The notes under the pieces: model-generated
What the model was told of the DNA's origin: nothing
The model's input: the letters and a program-made list of their open reading frames with translations, nothing else
Databases searched by the model: none
Shown: one piece after another, positions 45,114 to 51,638 of the stretch
Numbering within the stretch: position 1 is the stretch's first letter
How the letters are laid out: each line of letters opens with the position of its first letter
Made by a program: the position numbers and the translations under genes
Assembly: GCA_037441965.1 (NCBI GenBank)
Contig: JBBIRD010000006.1
Location: 1 to 51,638, forward strand
Direction of reading: 5' to 3'
Length of the DNA stretch: 51,638 bases
Source of the DNA: Candidatus Moraniibacteriota bacterium
GTDB lineage: Bacteria; Patescibacteriota; Minisyncoccia; Moranbacterales; UBA1568

Positions 45114-45401
45114 TTAGAATACAGATTTTACTTTTACGAAACCATCTTTTGTTTCTGGAACATTGTGCATTATGTGTTGCACTTCTAATTCACTACATAC
45201 CTCACTCTCATCGCTTCGCATCACATCCGTTCTACCAGTAATGTGCCCGATAGGCATCACATCATCTGTTGGCAATGTTTCCAATTCACGAAAAAAATCA
45301 AGAACTGCGGATAGATCTTTCTGGTATCGAGGAATATCTTCTTCTGTCAGTCCTATTCGACTGAGAAGTGCAACATTTTCTACTTCTTCTTTCGTGAGCA
45401 T
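45114..45401 (-). CDS. gatC: Asp/Glu-tRNA amidotransferase subunit C
   Basis: VA.LSRI N-terminus, R.D, GFVKV C-terminus; upstream of gatA. Confidence 0.92.
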   Translation of the reverse strand: MLTKEEVENVALLSRIGLTEEDIPRYQKDLSAVLDFFRELETLPTDDVMPIGHITGRTDVMRSDESEVCSELEVQHIMHNVPETKDGFVKVKSVF

Positions 45402-45413
45402 ATTTTTACTCTC

Positions 45414-47543
<2,130 letters not shown>

Positions 47544-47592
47544 CTACATCGTTTCAGCACAAAGGAGAAGGGTTATTAGGAGAACATTTGTT

Positions 47593-48141
47593 TTACAATC
47601 CTGACACTTCATAATCACGAAGTGATACCGTTGTCTGCACGAGAGCTGGATGAGAGCCACTGCTTCCTCCTATCTTAAGGAGAATAGTTACTTTTCCAAC
47701 AGTTTTCAACTGCGATGGAAAAGTAGAAAATGATGAACCACTAACACCTGTAAGAACTGGGGTACTTGGAAACACTCCTGCGCTATTACATGAAGAGGTA
47801 TCAGCTGTATTTTCTTGTGTACCCTTCATTAAGGAACCACTGGAGTTGATATTATATATAAAGCATGTTTTCAATCCATAATTATAAAATTTGATCACAT
47901 TTGTATCTGTACTAGGACTTACTATGGACGACCCACGAAGCTCCTTTGCCATAGTATTCATTATGAACTGAGCATTTTCAAGGTTATCTTCCACAATTTT
48001 TTCTTCCCGATAGGCAGAAAAAGCGGAGACAAATATATGCGATACAGCAGACATCGCAATCACAAACACAAAAGTCGCCACCAGCACTTCTACCAATGTA
48101 AACCCTCGATTTTTTTTCTGAAACACAACACTTTTTTTCAT
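47593..48141 (-). CDS. Type IV minor pilin (PilW-like)
   Basis: Prepilin motif RGFTLVEVLV; ATGA overlap with the upstream pilin gene. Confidence 0.85.
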   Translation of the reverse strand: MKKSVVFQKKNRGFTLVEVLVATFVFVIAMSAVSHIFVSAFSAYREEKIVEDNLENAQFIMNTMAKELRGSSIVSPSTDTNVIKFYNYGLKTCFIYNINSSGSLMKGTQENTADTSSCNSAGVFPSTPVLTGVSGSSFSTFPSQLKTVGKVTILLKIGGSSGSHPALVQTTVSLRDYEVSGL

Positions 48142-48740
48142 AAGACTTCTTTCCATTTGGTCAAAACGATATCTGTATATACGCATTTATTTTCTACTGA
48201 ACAATCCCCTTTCCCTCCTGTTGTCTTCACAGATATTGGAACATTTCCCCAATACACAAAACTGGTCACCTCTGCCTTGTCTACGTTGTTATAGTCTATA
48301 TATACAAGACGTTGAAATTTCGTCAAAGGATTACTTGCAGAAGTTGTATAAAAAGTACTTCCATTATTATGAAGTGCATAAGAAGACCCTATGAGTCGTG
48401 TACAAGTCAATGTTGAAGTCGTCTCATATGTTACCGAACAGAACTTGTTAATAGTTGAAAACTTTATAAATGGAGTACTAGGGGTAGCCACAAAAGAATT
48501 ATCGCGTATGTTACGCACAAGTTCAGCACCTTCTTGCGAAAGTCCGGTAGCTATGATGGTATCGCGATTCAAAAAAGAAGTCTGTATACTGCCGGTGATA
48601 AGTTGCATTACTGCAAGAAGCCCTATACTGATAACGAAAATAGCCAAAAGCACTTCGACAAGCAGAGCGCCTTTATAACTTGTAATCCATATTTTTTTTC
48701 TCACAATAAACATACAATGTATTGTTTTTACAAATATCAT
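48138..48740 (-). CDS. Type IV minor pilin (PilV-like)
   Basis: KG-ALLVEVLLAIFVISIGLL, A..L.QEG.E.VRNIRD. Start uncertain (48740 or 48713). Confidence 0.8.
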   Translation of the reverse strand: MIFVKTIHCMFIVRKKIWITSYKGALLVEVLLAIFVISIGLLAVMQLITGSIQTSFLNRDTIIATGLSQEGAELVRNIRDNSFVATPSTPFIKFSTINKFCSVTYETTSTLTCTRLIGSSYALHNNGSTFYTTSASNPLTKFQRLVYIDYNNVDKAEVTSFVYWGNVPISVKTTGGKGDCSVENKCVYTDIVLTKWKEVL

Positions 48741-48742
48741 TA

Positions 48743-49237
48743 TCAACAAGGGTTTGTTGAATACTTTATTTCTCCAGATGTAGCAACGCATACATATTGA
48801 GAAACACTTCCTTTCGAAAAGGTAATCTGATTATCAGAACCACTTCCAATAGTTCCATACGGCATCAGAAAGGTTACTTTTGCATTTGTTGTCGTAATAA
48901 TAACCCCATACTTCAGAGTATATGATTCTATGGCCGTACCGTCTGTTATGCAATTATTCGTATTGAAAGAAAGAGGGATAATGCTATAAGAAGACGGTGC
49001 AACACTCTCCACTCTATATCCACATGTTTGACTCCCGGACTGTTTCCCACTCAATGCATAATTCTGTGCCAAACGAAGAACTGCAGCAAATTCACGAGCA
49101 TTTGTTTCTACATCTCTTTTTATTTTTCCTGCATTGTAAGAAGTTGTGGTAATGGCCGCCATAATACCCAAAATGGCCATAACAACTACAAGCTCAATAA
49201 GCGTTACTCCTCTATTTTTCTGAAAAATTTTTATCAT
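48743..49237 (-). CDS. Type IV minor pilin (FimT/FimU-like)
   Basis: RGVTLIELVVVMAILGI, LRLAQNYA. Confidence 0.85.
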   Translation of the reverse strand: MIKIFQKNRGVTLIELVVVMAILGIMAAITTTSYNAGKIKRDVETNAREFAAVLRLAQNYALSGKQSGSQTCGYRVESVAPSSYSIIPLSFNTNNCITDGTAIESYTLKYGVIITTTNAKVTFLMPYGTIGSGSDNQITFSKGSVSQYVCVATSGEIKYSTNPC

Positions 49238-49311
49238 ACAAAGATCAGCGCTTCACACGAAGCAATTTTTATTTTTTATTTTATTCTCTCTCTTTTAAAT
49301 ATACCAAAAAA

Positions 49312-50103
49312 TTACAAAAAAAGAAAACGATTTAACATCGGAAAAATCTTTGGCAAAAAAAGTATGAGAAGTGTCCCAAGAACAAGAAAAGGAGCAAACG
49401 GTATCTGACTTTTCATTCCTTTCTTCTTGAACATAATAAGGATAATTCCGATCATCGCTCCGATACCAAAGGAAATTGTAAGCAGAGGAAGGGCTAATGA
49501 CAAACCAACAACAAGTCCTGATACCAAACCGAGCCATACGTCACCCCATCCCATCCAAGTTTCGTGAGACATCCAAACCAATAAGAAAAAGAAAAGAAAA
49601 ATAATCAAACCTCCCGAAAGACCAAAGAAGAGTCGCGAAGAAAAAAATGGCAATGAATCAATAAAGAATGTATAAAATAAGAAAAGAAGAGTAACAAAAG
49701 CACTCACGAAAATCATCACCATCGGTATCTCCATATAACGCATATCATACACCGCAATCACAAGGAAAGAACTCATAACAAAAAGTATCCATCCTGTTTC
49801 TATGAGAGAAACATTTGATAACGGATCAAAGAAGAACATACCTGTCAAGCCAAACAATACTCCCGTCACTCCCTCGAGTATCGGATATTGCCATGAGATT
49901 TTCTCCTTGCAATCACGACATTGTCCACGCAGGAGAAGAAAGCTAATCACAGGAACATTATCATACCACCGTATCTGATGTTTGCATTTTCGACAGAAAG
50001 ACCGGCCAAGAAGTGTCTCAGCGTCTTTCAAGCGATACACAAGCACATTGAGAAAACTTCCGATGATAAGTCCAAAGAAAAAAAATATCCAAAAAAAATA
50101 CAT
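49312..50103 (-). CDS. pilD: Prepilin peptidase
   Basis: GSFLNV..YRL, SFCRKC, GQCRDC, YD, MGWGD, PFAPFL. Confidence 0.95.
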   Translation of the reverse strand: MYFFWIFFFFGLIIGSFLNVLVYRLKDAETLLGRSFCRKCKHQIRWYDNVPVISFLLLRGQCRDCKEKISWQYPILEGVTGVLFGLTGMFFFDPLSNVSLIETGWILFVMSSFLVIAVYDMRYMEIPMVMIFVSAFVTLLFLFYTFFIDSLPFFSSRLFFGLSGGLIIFLFFFLLVWMSHETWMGWGDVWLGLVSGLVVGLSLALPLLTISFGIGAMIGIILIMFKKKGMKSQIPFAPFLVLGTLLILFLPKIFPMLNRFLFL

Positions 50104-50260
50104 AAGAATATCTATAATAAAATAAAAAAATATCTATTCTTTTCTTTTAGAATATCATACTTTTTTCTTTTTTACAAAGAAAAAACATTTTGATATTTCA
50201 TAATGTATTAACCAAGGATAATACCATAAAAAAATAATATGATAGAAAAAATGTTAGAAT

Positions 50261-50296
50261 AATAATAAAACAGCCCTGGAAGACTGTTTTATTACT
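50261..50296 (-). terminator. Terminator after the pilin genes
   Basis: taataaaacag.c/gactgttttatta inverted repeat. Confidence 0.65.
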
Positions 50297-50315
50297 CATC
50301 AAAAATTCTATAAAC

Positions 50316-50723
50316 CTAACACTTTCCAGTAGCAGTACTAGTAAATACACATCCAGTTTGAGTACAAGTAGCAGATGCACATTGACCAAGTACATCACCA
50401 GTAGGAGTGATAGTATATGAGAAATCATAAGAGGTAGCAGTACAATTAGTACCAACCGCTAGAGCACCAACCGCTGCAGCGGCTGGCCACGAAGCTCCTC
50501 CAGTACACATAGCTGCGCCAAGGCCGACTGATAATGGAGATCCATCAGAACAGCACATAACCGCACCAGGATTAGTACTGGTAACTGATGCCTTCCAAGA
50601 AGCAACCTTTGCTTTTGTACGAGCACTATTTAAACTCACCAAAACAATAGATGCGAGAATACCAATGATGGCAATAACGATAAGAAGTTCAATAAGAGTG
50701 AACCCTTTCAATACTCTTTTCAT
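50316..50723 (-). CDS. Type IV major pilin-like protein
   Basis: [30 protein letters not shown]; Cys-rich C-terminal domain. Confidence 0.92.
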   Translation of the reverse strand: MKRVLKGFTLIELLIVIAIIGILASIVLVSLNSARTKAKVASWKASVTSTNPGAVMCCSDGSPLSVGLGAAMCTGGASWPAAAAVGALAVGTNCTATSYDFSYTITPTGDVLGQCASATCTQTGCVFTSTATGKC

Positions 50724-50753
50724 AGTAATTTTTCTTAAAAAATAATAAAAAAA

Positions 50754-51176
50754 TTATGGACAATTTGTATAATCAGCACCAGTCGATGTCAGAGTAGCTG
50801 AAACACAAGTAGTAGGAAGTCCTCCAAAAACAGGAGTAGCAGTCACTTCAAAATCTCCATCTGTACAATTAGTGACAACAGTAGCAGAAACCGAAGGAGG
50901 CGGAGTCACATTAGCAACATCTCCACTCGCATTATCACATTCCGATACATATCCTGCTACAAGACTCGATGCTCCAGCCTTAAACTCTGCTTGCTTCGCT
51001 TTTTCACGAGCACCAGAAAGTGAAACAAGTACGATTGAAGCGAGAATACCAATGATAGCAATAACTATAAGGAGTTCGATAAGAGTAAAACCCTTAAATG
51101 TTTTTTCCATATATCTATTTTTTGTTTTATTACGTATTATCGTTTGTACTGTATTTTTTTCTTTTTTAATTTTCAT
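50754..51176 (-). CDS. Type IV major pilin-like protein
   Basis: [30 protein letters not shown]; AAGGAGGTGA before ATG 51176 (alternative start 51110). Confidence 0.92.
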   Translation of the reverse strand: MKIKKEKNTVQTIIRNKTKNRYMEKTFKGFTLIELLIVIAIIGILASIVLVSLSGAREKAKQAEFKAGASSLVAGYVSECDNASGDVANVTPPPSVSATVVTNCTDGDFEVTATPVFGGLPTTCVSATLTSTGADYTNCP

Positions 51177-51333
51177 ATTCTCACCTCCTTCTTTTTACTT
51201 TATATATTATATTTGGAAACTTCTCTATTGTTTCATCAAGTATATTTCTAGTATACTCTTTTTTTATTTTTTTGTATACACTTGTATCGATACTCAAACA
51301 AACAAAAAAGATCCAACATTTCCTGATATATTT

Positions 51334-51638
51334 CTACATCTGTCCTGCAATATTGTATATAGGAAGGAGTATTCCCATCACCATAATCGCGACCCCGATA
51401 CCAAGAAAAACGATAAGTACTGGTTCCATCAAAGCAGTAAGATTCTTCGTGGTTGTATCTACTTCTTGTTTATAAAACTTTCCTACGCTCTGAAGTACTA
51501 CTGGGAGTGTACCTGTCTCTTCACCGATATGGATCATCTGGGCGACAATAGGAGGGATTCTCTCTGATTTCATAAAGGATGCACTCATCACATCTCCTAT
51601 CTTCACGTTTTCACTAGCTTCGAGAATTATAGACTTAT
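51334..51638 (-). CDS. pilC: Type IV pilus platform protein PilC/GspF, 3' end only
   Basis: QMIHIGEETGTL, LMEPVLIV.LG, LLPIY. Confidence 0.92.
   Translation of the reverse strand, partial: KSIILEASENVKIGDVMSASFMKSERIPPIVAQMIHIGEETGTLPVVLQSVGKFYKQEVDTTTKNLTALMEPVLIVFLGIGVAIMVMGILLPIYNIAGQM

Overview
AT-rich bacterial chromosomal window, mostly housekeeping genes on the minus strand. Gene content, gene order and sparse Shine-Dalgarno sites suggest a Patescibacteria/CPR (Parcubacteria-like) genome; this is an inference. From left to right: the 3' part of an ADP-forming acetate-CoA ligase; a surface-glycan locus (Wzz-like, O-antigen ligase/polymerase-like, GT4) interleaved with five higher-GC, SD-led genes for exported proteins and a 108-bp tandem repeat; rseP, frr, a BNR lipoprotein, tRNA-Lys, serS, tRNA-Val, lysS, greA; mrdA-mreD-mreC-mreB; rplL-rplJ with an L10 leader, rpsP, a short SMC, rnc, nusB, rpmF, rnhB, dnaE, miaA, gatB; a five-gene pyrimidine-nucleotide operon; rplA-rplK-nusG-secE, gatA-gatC, ligA; and a type IV pilus cluster. 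The best candidate for an undescribed system is the operon CYTH-dcd-thyA-folA-kinase. It has no dut or tmk. Its ThyA lacks the DRTGTGT loop and the SRR phosphate-binding arginines and has a C-terminal extension, and its Dcd has INPGH in place of IDPG(F/W), which points to a non-canonical thymidylate route. Other highlights are a LysM protein with a beta-barrel-like domain in an apparent monoderm, two genes with single in-frame stops (TGA at a conserved Gly in gatB, TAG in a lipoprotein), an apparently hinge-less SMC, and several structured 5' leaders. All assignments come from motif recognition by eye; no searches were run.
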